DNA from: Syntrophales bacterium
Lineage (GTDB): Bacteria; Desulfobacterota; Syntrophia; Syntrophales; UBA2210
Length of the DNA: 64,000 bases
Direction: 5' to 3'
NCBI GenBank assembly: GCA_023228425.1
Contig: JALOBE010000012.1
Span: 4,458-68,457 of the forward strand
A program made the position numbers and the translations under genes. Shown here one piece after another: positions 28,613 through 37,905 of this stretch (position 1 is the stretch's first letter; each line of letters opens with the position of its first letter). Under the pieces are notes generated by a model, which did not search any database, was not told the origin of the DNA, and saw nothing but the letters and a program-made list of their open reading frames with translations.

Positions 28613-29421
28613 AGGCTTATAATATATTCTTTATAGTAATACAGGAAAGGTGCCATAAACAGAAACGAGTCCAGCCGGTCGAGAATGCCTCCATGTCCGG
28701 GAAAAAGAAACCCGGAATCCTTGATATTTGATGCCCGTTTCAGGGCCGACTCGGACAGGTCGCCCAACTGTCCGAGAATACTCCCCATGAAACCCATGAC
28801 AACGGCATGGCCGAGCCACAGGTCCGGCAGAAAGAGAACCGAATAGATCGTGCAGGCGGCAACGCATCCGGCAGTACCGCCAAGGGAGCCTTCGACAGTC
28901 TTTCCGGCGCTCACCGAAGGTAGCAGTTTCCTGCGTCCCCAGGTTCGTCCCGCGTAAAAAGCCGGCACATCCGTAGAAAAGGCCATGACGATGAGAAAAA
29001 AGACCCAGGTCCGTCCGTCGCCGCCGCATCGTATAAGTATGAAAAAGGACATCATGACGGCTATGTACAGGATGCCGAAGATGCCTCCCATGACCCGCTT
29101 CAGGTGCGTCCCCGGCTCTTCCTCGTCCCTGAGGAGGGAGAGACTGAAAAGACCCAGCAGTGAAAGAGCCACCGTGGCCAGTACCAGTGACGTCCCGCCC
29201 GACCAGGCAGCCGCCGCGACCAGGAGAGCGATGATAATGGTGACGCTCTTTTCAGCGGGCCGGCCGGCTCCGAAGACCATGAAGTTGTATTCCATCATGG
29301 CCGCCGCGATGATGGCGGCGATGAAGAGGGCGAAAAGGACTTCCGAACCGAAGATGATGAGAAGCAGAAGTACGGGAACGGCCAGAAGTGCCGTGAGCCA
29401 GCGTTTCAGGTGAGTACTCAT
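28609..29421 (-). CDS. cdsA: phosphatidate cytidylyltransferase
   Basis: SALKRASNIKDSGFLFPGHGGILDRLDS signature; multi-TM. Confidence 0.93.
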   Translation of the reverse strand: MSTHLKRWLTALLAVPVLLLLIIFGSEVLFALFIAAIIAAAMMEYNFMVFGAGRPAEKSVTIIIALLVAAAAWSGGTSLVLATVALSLLGLFSLSLLRDEEEPGTHLKRVMGGIFGILYIAVMMSFFILIRCGGDGRTWVFFLIVMAFSTDVPAFYAGRTWGRRKLLPSVSAGKTVEGSLGGTAGCVAACTIYSVLFLPDLWLGHAVVMGFMGSILGQLGDLSESALKRASNIKDSGFLFPGHGGILDRLDSFLFMAPFLYYYKEYIISL

Positions 29422-29428
29422 GGCGGTG

Positions 29429-30166
29429 TCATGTCCTTGTCAGCTGGTCACTGGTGAGACCGAAACGCCGTTCCCGTCGCTGGTAGTCCCGAAGGGCCTC
29501 GACAAATGACTCGCGTGAAAAATCAGGCCAGAGAACATCCGTAAAATAGAGTTCCGTAAAGGCCAGTTGCCACAGGAGGAAATTGCTGATCCTGTACTCA
29601 CCGCTTGTCCTGATCAGAAGATCGGGATCGGGCATGGAGGAGGTGTACATGTATTTCGCCACCGTTTCCCTGGAAATGTCCTCGGGCCGAAGTCGTCCCG
29701 AGGCACATTCCGCCACGATTCTGCCGACCATCTCCACGATCTCGTCCCGCCCGCCGTAGCTGAGAGCGAGCGTTAGTACCATACCCTTGTTGCGGGAGGT
29801 TTTCTGAACGCTTTCCTGAAGCAGGCCTTGCACCTCTTTGGGGAGAGCCGCCCTGTTGCCGATTACCTCCAGTCTGACGCCCCGTTCAATCAATTCGTCT
29901 ATTTCAGATTTCAGGTAGGTCTCCAGGAGCCGCATCAGAGCGTTGATTTCCTCTTCCGGCCGCAGCCAGTTCTCAACAGAAAAGGCAAAAAGAGTAAGGT
30001 ATTGAATGCCGAGTTCCCCGGCCGTCCTTACGACATGCCGAACGGCGTCGGCACCTTTCTTATGTCCCGTGAGCCGGTTCAGGGCATTTTTTTTTGCCCA
30101 CCTGCCGTTACCGTCCATGATGACCGCGACATGCCGGGGCAGGCGCTTGGTGTCTATTCCCTGCAT
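29429..30166 (-). CDS. uppS: isoprenyl transferase (undecaprenyl diphosphate synthase)
   Basis: HVAVIMDGNGRWA, FSVENWLRP, RTSGEYRISNFLLWQ. Confidence 0.95.
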   Translation of the reverse strand: MQGIDTKRLPRHVAVIMDGNGRWAKKNALNRLTGHKKGADAVRHVVRTAGELGIQYLTLFAFSVENWLRPEEEINALMRLLETYLKSEIDELIERGVRLEVIGNRAALPKEVQGLLQESVQKTSRNKGMVLTLALSYGGRDEIVEMVGRIVAECASGRLRPEDISRETVAKYMYTSSMPDPDLLIRTSGEYRISNFLLWQLAFTELYFTDVLWPDFSRESFVEALRDYQRRERRFGLTSDQLTRT

Positions 30167-30255
30167 AAAGTACCTATATCCTGAATATAATTAACGTATC
30201 ATGCCTATCACAGCCCGTCGGAAATTACAATAGGTCCGGCAGGATCACGGCAGTT

Positions 30256-30284
30256 AAAAAAAAGAGGGAACCACCGTTCCCTCT
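30256..30284 (-). terminator. rho-independent terminator downstream of frr
   Basis: Minus strand reads AGAGGGAAC-GGTG-GTTCCCTCT followed by T8: a perfect 9-bp stem with a 4-nt loop. Confidence 0.8.
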
Positions 30285-30312
30285 GTCCGCCGAAGCTGTC
30301 TTCGAACCCCCG

Positions 30313-30870
30313 TTATATCTCCATGATCTCCGCTTCCTTGACGCTCAGTATTTCATCCACTTTCTTGATGTAATCGTCGGTTATCTTCTGAACGTCTTCC
30401 TGCCTGACATGAAAGTCATCTTCCGATATCTCGTTGTCGTTTTTCAGTTTCTTCAGTCCGTTATTCGCATCGCGCCGGGAATTACGAACCTGGATACGAC
30501 ATTCTTCAGCCATTTTCCTGACGACCTTGACCAGTTCCTTCCGCCGTTCCTCCGTCAGGGGAGGTATGGTGATCCTGATGACTTTACCGTCGTTTGACGG
30601 CATGAGGCCCAGTTCGGACTTCTGGATCGCCTTTTCCACCGATCCGAGGGCGGACTTGTCCCAGGGCGAAATAAGAACGGACTGGCTGTCCGGGATGGAA
30701 AGTGTCGCCATCTGGCTGAGCGGCGTCGAAGTCCCGTAATAATCAACCCTGATTCCGTCAACCAATGACAGTGACGCCCTGCCCGTTCTCACCCGACTCA
30801 GCGATTTCTCGAAAAAGACGATGTTATTATCCATGTTTTCATGAAGATCCTGAAAAATGTCTTCCGTCAT
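30313..30870 (-). CDS. frr: ribosome recycling factor
   Basis: 185 aa; SLSRVRTGRASLSLVD..., ITIPPLTEERRKELVK. Confidence 0.95.
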   Translation of the reverse strand: MTEDIFQDLHENMDNNIVFFEKSLSRVRTGRASLSLVDGIRVDYYGTSTPLSQMATLSIPDSQSVLISPWDKSALGSVEKAIQKSELGLMPSNDGKVIRITIPPLTEERRKELVKVVRKMAEECRIQVRNSRRDANNGLKKLKNDNEISEDDFHVRQEDVQKITDDYIKKVDEILSVKEAEIMEI

Positions 30871-31592
30871 GATTTCCCCCCCACTCGTGTTCCGATGGAC
30901 TTCCCGCAGACAACATCCCGCAGGGCTCCCCTTTTTTCAAGATTAAAAACAATAATGGGGAGATTATTTTCACGGCACAGTGATATGGCCGTACCATCCA
31001 TTATCCTCAGGTCCCGGGCCAGGGCTTCGGTGTGGGTGATCGAGGTGAACATCCGGGCATCACTATGCCGCAGGGGATCCCTGTCAAAGACCCCATCGAC
31101 TTTCGTTGCTTTGAGAAGAACCTCCGCTTTTATTTCCAGGGCCCGAAGGGCCGCCGCCGTATCGGTGGTAAAGTAAGGATTCCCCGTCCCTCCGGCGAAG
31201 ATGACCACCCTGCCCTGTTCGAGATGTTTGAGGGCCCGTTCCCGTACAAAGGGCTCCGCCACTTTTATCATCTCTATGGACGATTGAAGTCGTGCGGCGA
31301 TTCCCTTGTTTTCAAAGGTGTTGTGAAGGGCGATGCTGTTCATGACCGTGGCGAGCATGCCCATGTAGTCGGCGGCGGCCCGGTCGATCCCGCGGGATGT
31401 GATATCCACGCCGCGGTAGATATTGCCGCCTCCTATGACAATCCCGATTTCAATGCCCAGTTCCTTCAGTGTCGCAACCTCGTCGGCTACATACTCCACG
31501 ACGTCGGGATCGATTCCGAAGGATGCCCCTCCGAGGAGTGCCTCTCCGCTCAATTTGATAAGAATTCTCTTGTATAGTGCTGTGGTTGTCAT
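30867..31592 (-). CDS. pyrH: UMP kinase
   Basis: YKRILIKLSGEAL, GGGNIYRG. ATGA overlap with frr. Confidence 0.95.
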   Translation of the reverse strand: MTTTALYKRILIKLSGEALLGGASFGIDPDVVEYVADEVATLKELGIEIGIVIGGGNIYRGVDITSRGIDRAAADYMGMLATVMNSIALHNTFENKGIAARLQSSIEMIKVAEPFVRERALKHLEQGRVVIFAGGTGNPYFTTDTAAALRALEIKAEVLLKATKVDGVFDRDPLRHSDARMFTSITHTEALARDLRIMDGTAISLCRENNLPIIVFNLEKRGALRDVVCGKSIGTRVGGKS

Positions 31593-31611
31593 TTCACCAG
31601 CTTTGATGAAC

Positions 31612-31647
31612 CCGTAAAAAGTGGGAAAACGTCTGCTAGAGGACGGC
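31612..31647 (+). repeat. copy of a dispersed intergenic motif GTAAAAAGTGG(G)AAAACGTCTG(C/A)TAG
   Basis: In the tsf-pyrH spacer. It matches the minus strand of 56896..56929 at 24 of 26 aligned positions by eye. Confidence 0.5.
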
Positions 31648-31669
31648 TTTCGGTACCTGAAACCTGTGA

Positions 31670-32272
31670 CTACTCCTTCTCTTCACCGAGTTGAAATCTT
31701 TCGAAACGTCTGACTACAATATTTTCTCCCGAACTGGCTATGATCCCGTTGACTAGATCACGGACCGATTTATCCGTATCTTTGATGAATCTCTGGTCCA
31801 TGAGACATATCTCTTCGTAATATTTCTTGAGTTTCCCGTCGATAATCCGGTCGAATATTTTTTCAGGTTTTCCTTCAGCGATGGCCTGGCTCCGGTAGAT
31901 TTCCCGCTCCCGTTCCAGTTCCTGCTCCGGTATCTCCTCAGGACTGACATATTTCGGATTCGTAGCCGCGATCTGCATGGCCAGATCCTTCGCCATGGCT
32001 TTAAAATTATCGGTCTTCGCCACGAAATCAGTCTCACAATTCACTTCCACAAGAACGCCGATACGCCCCTCCATGTGAATATAGGAGGCAACGGCCCCTT
32101 CTTTCGCCGCTCGCGAAGATCGCTTCGTTGCCGCGGATAATCCCTTTTTTCTTAAGTATTCTATTGCTTTATCAAAATCACCGGCTGCCGCGGTCAGCGC
32201 TTCCTTGCAGTCCATCATGCCGGCGTTCGTTTTATCCCTGAGTTCTTTGACTTTCGCTGCCGATATACTCAA
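31670..32272 (-). CDS. tsf: elongation factor Ts (short ~200-aa form)
   Basis: [26 protein letters not shown]. Overlaps the rpsB stop by 4 nt. Confidence 0.93.
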   Translation of the reverse strand: MSISAAKVKELRDKTNAGMMDCKEALTAAAGDFDKAIEYLRKKGLSAATKRSSRAAKEGAVASYIHMEGRIGVLVEVNCETDFVAKTDNFKAMAKDLAMQIAATNPKYVSPEEIPEQELEREREIYRSQAIAEGKPEKIFDRIIDGKLKKYYEEICLMDQRFIKDTDKSVRDLVNGIIASSGENIVVRRFERFQLGEEKE

Positions 32273-33108
32273 TGTTCCCTTGCCTCCTCCGCGGTGTGAT
32301 CATCGATCCCCGATTCGGCCTCGAAGCCGGCCTCCTCGTCAAATCCTTTTGTCTCAACACTTTCCGGCACGTCCGATTCTCCCGGTGAGTCCTCCTTGTC
32401 GCTTTCCGCCTGAATCCGTTCCTCGCGGCGACGCTTCCCCTCTTCGACGGCGTCGGCCATCTTGAGGGAAAAGAGCTTTATTGCCCGAATAGCGTCATCG
32501 TTGCCGGGAATTATATAGTCGATATCATCAGGGTCGCAATTGGTGTCGGCAATGGCGATTATGGGAATTCCCAGTCGTCGTCCTTCCCTGATGGCAATTA
32601 TTTCACGTTTGGGATCAATGACGAACAGGGCTCCTGGAAGCCGTCCCATGGAACGGATGCCTCCGAGTACCTTCTGGAGCTTGTCGCGCTCTTTCTGAAG
32701 CTTCATGATTTCCTTTTTCGGGAAAGCGTTGACGGTCTCATTTTCAAACATTTCATCGAGTTTGTTCAATCGATCAATACTTTTTTTGATGGTTGTGAAG
32801 TTTGTCAGCATACCGCCGAGCCATCGCTGATTCACATAGGGCATTCCGCAGCGCTCGGCCTCGGTCTTGATTGATTCCTGGGCCTGACGCTTTGTGCCCA
32901 CGAAGAGAAGATTTTTGTCTGAAGCGACGGTTTCGACGACGAAGTCATAGGCAATATCGAAGAGTTGCACCGTCTGTTGAAGATCAACGATGTAGATTCC
33001 GTTCCGGGCTCCGAAAATGTAGGGTTTCATCTTCGGATTCCACCGGTTTGTCTGATGCCCGAAGTGAACACCGGACTCAAGAAGCATTTTCATTGAAACA
33101 TAGGCCAT
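32269..33108 (-). CDS. rpsB: 30S ribosomal protein S2 (with acidic C-terminal tail)
   Basis: [20 protein letters not shown]... Confidence 0.95.
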   Translation of the reverse strand: MAYVSMKMLLESGVHFGHQTNRWNPKMKPYIFGARNGIYIVDLQQTVQLFDIAYDFVVETVASDKNLLFVGTKRQAQESIKTEAERCGMPYVNQRWLGGMLTNFTTIKKSIDRLNKLDEMFENETVNAFPKKEIMKLQKERDKLQKVLGGIRSMGRLPGALFVIDPKREIIAIREGRRLGIPIIAIADTNCDPDDIDYIIPGNDDAIRAIKLFSLKMADAVEEGKRRREERIQAESDKEDSPGESDVPESVETKGFDEEAGFEAESGIDDHTAEEAREH

Positions 33109-33458
33109 ACTGGTTCTCCTTTCGTTTTGTACCCTCCACTTCCGTCACCCCGTCCCGGAACTTTTTGACAAAGCAACGCCGGGCCGGTCCGAAAGTGTGC
33201 GTATTTGGTTCTCAAGATCGATGGAACTACCACAGGGTACTGGATAAATCAATAGAAAACATCGGGGAGAAGTTTCAAAGCCCCTCCGTCGGGAATCATC
33301 TTCTTATCCTGCCGGTCTGGTCCGGCAACAGACAGGCCGGCGGGAACCGACGGCAATATCACTGTCCCGATGGTTGATTCGGTGTGGAGATTGGCGACTT
33401 TTTCAGTTATAGTGAGACCACGGCAGCCGGGTTAACAACGGAGAAAGAGAGGATTGCC

Positions 33459-34574
33459 ATGATCGTCGGGGTACTCAGAGAAACAAAAGAAGGGGAACAC
33501 AGGTTCGCCATGACTCCCGCGGGGGTGCGGGCACTTAAATCTGACGGCCACAGAATTCTTCTTGAGCGGGACGGGGGAGAAGGAAGCGGCATTTCCAACG
33601 ATGAATTCACGCGGGAGGGTGCCGAGATAACCGATGCGGATTCCATATATACCGATGCGGAACTCATCGTCAAGGTCAAGGAGCCGCTGAAAGAGGAACG
33701 TTTTCGGTACCGCAGGGGACAGATGCTTTTTACCTTTCTCCACCTCGCCTCATCGGAAACCCTGACAGACGATGTTCTCGCCAGCGGCGTCACGGGAATC
33801 GCCTATGAAACCGTTGAAGAACCGGGCGGGCGCCTGCCGCTGCTGACACCCATGAGCGAGGTGGCGGGAAGAATGTCCATACAGATGGCCATGCGCTTTC
33901 TGGAAAAGGGAAGTGGCGGTCGGGGAGTTCTTCTCAGCGGAGTACCGGGGGTCGCGCCCGGGGAAGTAGTCATCATCGGCTGTGGGACCGTGGGGCTGAA
34001 CGCCGCCAGAATCGCCAGCGAGTTGGGCGCTCATGTAACGGTTCTCGACACATCCTACGAACGTCTCAAGCACGTGGACCAGCTTCTCCACGGGAAGGTC
34101 ATCACCCTTTATTCAAATCCCTACACGATTGAACAGGCGACGGGTTATGCCGACGTGCTGATCGCGGCTGTTCTCGTCACGGGAACACGGGCGCCGGTAC
34201 TCGTGACGGAAGACATGGTATCCCGCATGAAGAAGGGGTCCGTTATAATCGACGTGTCTGTGGACCAGGGAGGAACCGTGGAAACGATCCGACCCACGAC
34301 GCACGATAACCCGGTGTACCATCTTCACGGTGTCCTGCATTGCGGAGTGACGAATATTCCCGCTTCCGTGCCGAGTACATCCACATTCGCTCTTGGAAAC
34401 GCCACTATATCTTACATACGGGCTATTGCGGAAAAAGGCCTGTACGGGGCCGCCATTGAGAACGAGGCCATCGCCAGAGGAATAAACTGCGTCGATGGAA
34501 TAATAACCCACGAGGCCGTGGCAAAGACCTTCGGCCGCGAATGGCTTCCCTGGGACAGGGTGTTGCGGAATTGA
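33459..34574 (+). CDS. ald: alanine dehydrogenase
   Basis: MIVGVLRETKEGEHRFAMTPAGV, VIIGCGTVGLNAA. SD GAGAGGA before ATG 33459; the track ORF starts upstream at 33384. Confidence 0.88.
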   Translation: MIVGVLRETKEGEHRFAMTPAGVRALKSDGHRILLERDGGEGSGISNDEFTREGAEITDADSIYTDAELIVKVKEPLKEERFRYRRGQMLFTFLHLASSETLTDDVLASGVTGIAYETVEEPGGRLPLLTPMSEVAGRMSIQMAMRFLEKGSGGRGVLLSGVPGVAPGEVVIIGCGTVGLNAARIASELGAHVTVLDTSYERLKHVDQLLHGKVITLYSNPYTIEQATGYADVLIAAVLVTGTRAPVLVTEDMVSRMKKGSVIIDVSVDQGGTVETIRPTTHDNPVYHLHGVLHCGVTNIPASVPSTSTFALGNATISYIRAIAEKGLYGAAIENEAIARGINCVDGIITHEAVAKTFGREWLPWDRVLRN

Positions 34575-34731
34575 CACCATCGATGCCTCGCTGAAAGCCA
34601 TTGCGGACCCTTCCTGACGAGTTCGCCAACGTTGTCGGCAAGATCCGGGGCGGTTTATCAAAGCATGATGTGTTGTGAGGCACTGATCTCCCATCCCGGC
34701 AGGGATAGGGCACACTGTATTTTCCGGGACA

Positions 34732-36093
34732 TTACTCGAGCTTGTATTCTTTTATCTTTCGCCACAACGTCGTGTGACCGATGCCGAGTTTTTTGGCCAT
34801 GTAACGCTGGTTATTTTTATGTTTTTCGAATATTTCCATAATGTAGCGTTTTTCGATTTCCTTGAGAGAAATGATCTCGTGATCATCATCGGAAGCAAAG
34901 CGATTTCGATACTGTTCATAGGCCAGTGGAAAATCTTCAGCACGGAGGGTTTCATCCCCGGACAGGGCGATGGCCCGCTCACAGACGTTTCGGAGTTCCC
35001 GGACGTTCCCGGGCCAGTCATAGGCCATCAGGACCTCCATGGCCTCCCGGGCGAGTGTTTTTTCCGGCCGGCCGAGTCGTTGTGAAATGTCCCGCAGAAA
35101 GTAGTCGACCAGTGGTTTTAAATCTTCCTTGCGTTCGCGCAGGGGAGGAATATACAGATCAACAACGGCAAGACGATAGAAGAGGTCGTTCCGGAATTTC
35201 CCCCCTGAGGCAAGGTCCCGGGCGTCCTTGTTGGTTGCCGAGATGAATCGCACGTCGATGGTTCGGCCGTGATGTTCACCCACCCTGCGAACCTCGCGGT
35301 CCTCGATGACCCTCAAAAGCTTTGATTGAAACTGCCGGCTGGATTCACCGATCTCGTCCATGAAAAGGGTCCCCCCCCCGGCCGCCTCGATGAGCCCGAC
35401 CTTGTCCTTGAAGGCGCCGGTGAAGGATCCCTTTGCATGGCCGAAGAGTTCGCTTTCCAGGATTTCATCGGGAAGGGCAGCGCAGTTGATCGCTATGAAG
35501 GGCTTGTCCCGGCCGCCGGGCGCGTTGTTGTGAATGGCCCTGGCCACCAGCTCCTTGCCTACGCCGCTTTCTCCGAAAATAAAAACATTCGTGTCGATCT
35601 CGGACATTTTCAGGGCCATATCTATGACCTCCCGCATGGCGGAAGAAGTGCCGACTATTTTTTCGAAGGTGTATATTTCATCCGCTGTTTTCAGATAGCT
35701 GACCTTTCTGCGGCTCTCCATGGCGGCTTCCACCGACGCCAGGAGTTCCCTTTCGTCGACAGGCTTGATCATGTAGTCATAGACGCCCATTCTGATGGTC
35801 CTGATCACGGAATCAATGGAGCCGCAGGTGGTGGTGACAATAACCTCGGCCCGGGGTACCCGTTCTCTGGCCCACTGCAGAAAACTCTCACATCCATTGG
35901 TTGAAGGATGGCCCACATCGGCAATGATAACGTCGGCCTCGCTATTTTCCAGACACTGCATTGCCGAAGCTTCGGTAGCCACACCCACGGCGTCATAGCC
36001 TTCTTTTCTAAGAAGGGCCGTCAGGCTGAAGCGCGCGTCATCGTTGGCATCCATAACCAATACTTTATTCAAGAGGTCTTTCCGCCTTTCCAC
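34732..36093 (-). CDS. sigma54-dependent response regulator (NtrC/Fis family: REC-AAA+-HTH)
   Basis: REC domain (VLVMDANDD...IIADVG...IKP), GESGVGKELVARAIH, ESELFGHAKGSFTGA, C-terminal Fis HTH. GTG start at 36093, or a TTG a few codons in. Confidence 0.9.
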   Translation of the reverse strand: MERRKDLLNKVLVMDANDDARFSLTALLRKEGYDAVGVATEASAMQCLENSEADVIIADVGHPSTNGCESFLQWARERVPRAEVIVTTTCGSIDSVIRTIRMGVYDYMIKPVDERELLASVEAAMESRRKVSYLKTADEIYTFEKIVGTSSAMREVIDMALKMSEIDTNVFIFGESGVGKELVARAIHNNAPGGRDKPFIAINCAALPDEILESELFGHAKGSFTGAFKDKVGLIEAAGGGTLFMDEIGESSRQFQSKLLRVIEDREVRRVGEHHGRTIDVRFISATNKDARDLASGGKFRNDLFYRLAVVDLYIPPLRERKEDLKPLVDYFLRDISQRLGRPEKTLAREAMEVLMAYDWPGNVRELRNVCERAIALSGDETLRAEDFPLAYEQYRNRFASDDDHEIISLKEIEKRYIMEIFEKHKNNQRYMAKKLGIGHTTLWRKIKEYKLE

Positions 36094-36156
36094 AGGACAA
36101 TCCGGTGTGTCTCTTTATCATCATCATCACTGGTCAAAAGTCAAGGCACGAGAGCC

Positions 36157-37905
36157 TCACCGCTCCGCTGGAGCGGCATACCGTTGTCCCTTCAGTACCT
36201 CGTCCAGGGCAGTCAGACTCGACCTGATGTTCTCCTGCAACCGCTCCATTTCGGCTCCCCGTTCGTTGATCGCCTCATGGACCAGCCGGTTCAATTCCTC
36301 TTTCATGATATCGGCCAACCCCTGCGCGGCGAGAGCGATCATCCTGTCGGAGCGTTTATAAAAGTGCCACCCCATATAAAAGGAGATCAGGATGAGGCTC
36401 GCCAAGGCCGCCAGCCCGCGGGACGAAAAAAGGGAAAGGGCCATCAGGGCCAACGTCCCGAGAGCCGAAAAGAAGCCGGGATGGTCAAAAAATGATTTCC
36501 AGGCATGCTCTCCGGGCAGAACCAGCAGAAAGATCACGAGGAGCAGAGCATAGGCCAGATGCTGGCGGAAGGTGTAAAGAGGTCCGAATATTTTCCCGGT
36601 TTCCCTTCCCTGGCCCGTAAAGAGGCGGGCAAGACCGGTTTCGAAGACGGCCCTCACCGGAGCGGTATCAAGTGAACAGGCCAGTTCATCCGGCAGTTCG
36701 GAACGTTCGAAGCGCCGATAGAGATCCGACCTGAGACGCTCTCCCCGGGCTGTAAGGTGCCGGGCCAGAGTATTCGAGATATGCTCAACGGCCTGCCGTC
36801 GAGCGGCGATGATTTTTTCATGATCACCGATGGCGGCCCCTTTCAGGCGCCCGGCCAGGGCCGATATGATTCGCCCCGGACCGACCAGATCACGGCCGGC
36901 GGCGAGATTGTCCGCCAGGTACTGTTTCGCGAAAACCTCCACCCAGGGAGCGGCCGCGATGTAAATGTCGTCGAGCACTCTTTTTCGTTCCTCCCCGGTC
37001 ATGGTGGATCCTGCCGGGATCATGCCGCCCAGGTCGTCAAGGTTGTGCCGCTCCATCTCCAGGGCTCTCAAGACCGGCTCCAGTTCCGCGTGAATGTTTG
37101 CCGCCTTGATACGTCGAATTTCCTTGATGTCCCGGGTACGGAACAGTTCCCTCCGGAGCAGGGGAAACTGGTTCCAGGCGGAAAGACCGATGCCCTCGAA
37201 AGCCTCCGTCGCTGAAACATGATACAGGACCGGTTCGCTGATCCCGATGTTTCCGAGGTGACTTGTCAGACTCCCCAGGACTGTCACCAGCCGTTCATGG
37301 GCCGATGCCGAAATGCCATCCCGGAAGAAAAGGTCCGTTTTGTTCAGAACAAAATAGCAGTTGCCGCGATCCTTGGGCAGGAGCTGCAAAAAATCGTACA
37401 ATTGTCCATCGGCGTATTTTTCGGGAGAAATGACCCAAATAAGCATGTCCAGAACGTCGAGAAGGGCCATCACTGTTCCCCGGTGAGCCTCGTTGACGCT
37501 GTCGTAGTCGGGAAGATCACACAAAACCACATGGCGGACCTCCTCTGCTTCGTGGACATACTCGCACCGGGGAAGTGAGGCGTCCTCCGTGAGCTCCGGA
37601 GGTGGAACAGCGCTGTGCCGATACACCAGAACCGCGTCAGTGTGGGGCCTCCGATGGCTCGTGGACGCGATGTACTCGCGGGCAAGGGCGTTCATCACCG
37701 ATGATTTTCCCACGCCGGTTCCACCCATGAGGCCGACAGTCAGAATGTTGTCTCCAAGACTTTCAAGTTTCTTCCTGATTTCCCGGACAGCCAGAAACAA
37801 CTCCCCGCGCTTATCTCCCCCCAGGAACATCAGGGGGACATCACCGGAAAGAATCTTCTCCAGGCCCTCCACGTTCCGGCTCAGCACCATTCGCTCGTCA
37901 GTCAT
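36157..37905 (-). CDS. membrane-anchored P-loop GTPase, dynamin-like architecture (paralogue B)
   Basis: GGTGVGKSS (G1), DLPDYDS (G3 with Asp in place of Gly), ISPEKYAD, NKTD (G4), SAT. Long helical region and two C-terminal hydrophobic segments. Confidence 0.7.
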   Translation of the reverse strand: MTDERMVLSRNVEGLEKILSGDVPLMFLGGDKRGELFLAVREIRKKLESLGDNILTVGLMGGTGVGKSSVMNALAREYIASTSHRRPHTDAVLVYRHSAVPPPELTEDASLPRCEYVHEAEEVRHVVLCDLPDYDSVNEAHRGTVMALLDVLDMLIWVISPEKYADGQLYDFLQLLPKDRGNCYFVLNKTDLFFRDGISASAHERLVTVLGSLTSHLGNIGISEPVLYHVSATEAFEGIGLSAWNQFPLLRRELFRTRDIKEIRRIKAANIHAELEPVLRALEMERHNLDDLGGMIPAGSTMTGEERKRVLDDIYIAAAPWVEVFAKQYLADNLAAGRDLVGPGRIISALAGRLKGAAIGDHEKIIAARRQAVEHISNTLARHLTARGERLRSDLYRRFERSELPDELACSLDTAPVRAVFETGLARLFTGQGRETGKIFGPLYTFRQHLAYALLLVIFLLVLPGEHAWKSFFDHPGFFSALGTLALMALSLFSSRGLAALASLILISFYMGWHFYKRSDRMIALAAQGLADIMKEELNRLVHEAINERGAEMERLQENIRSSLTALDEVLKGQRYAAPAER

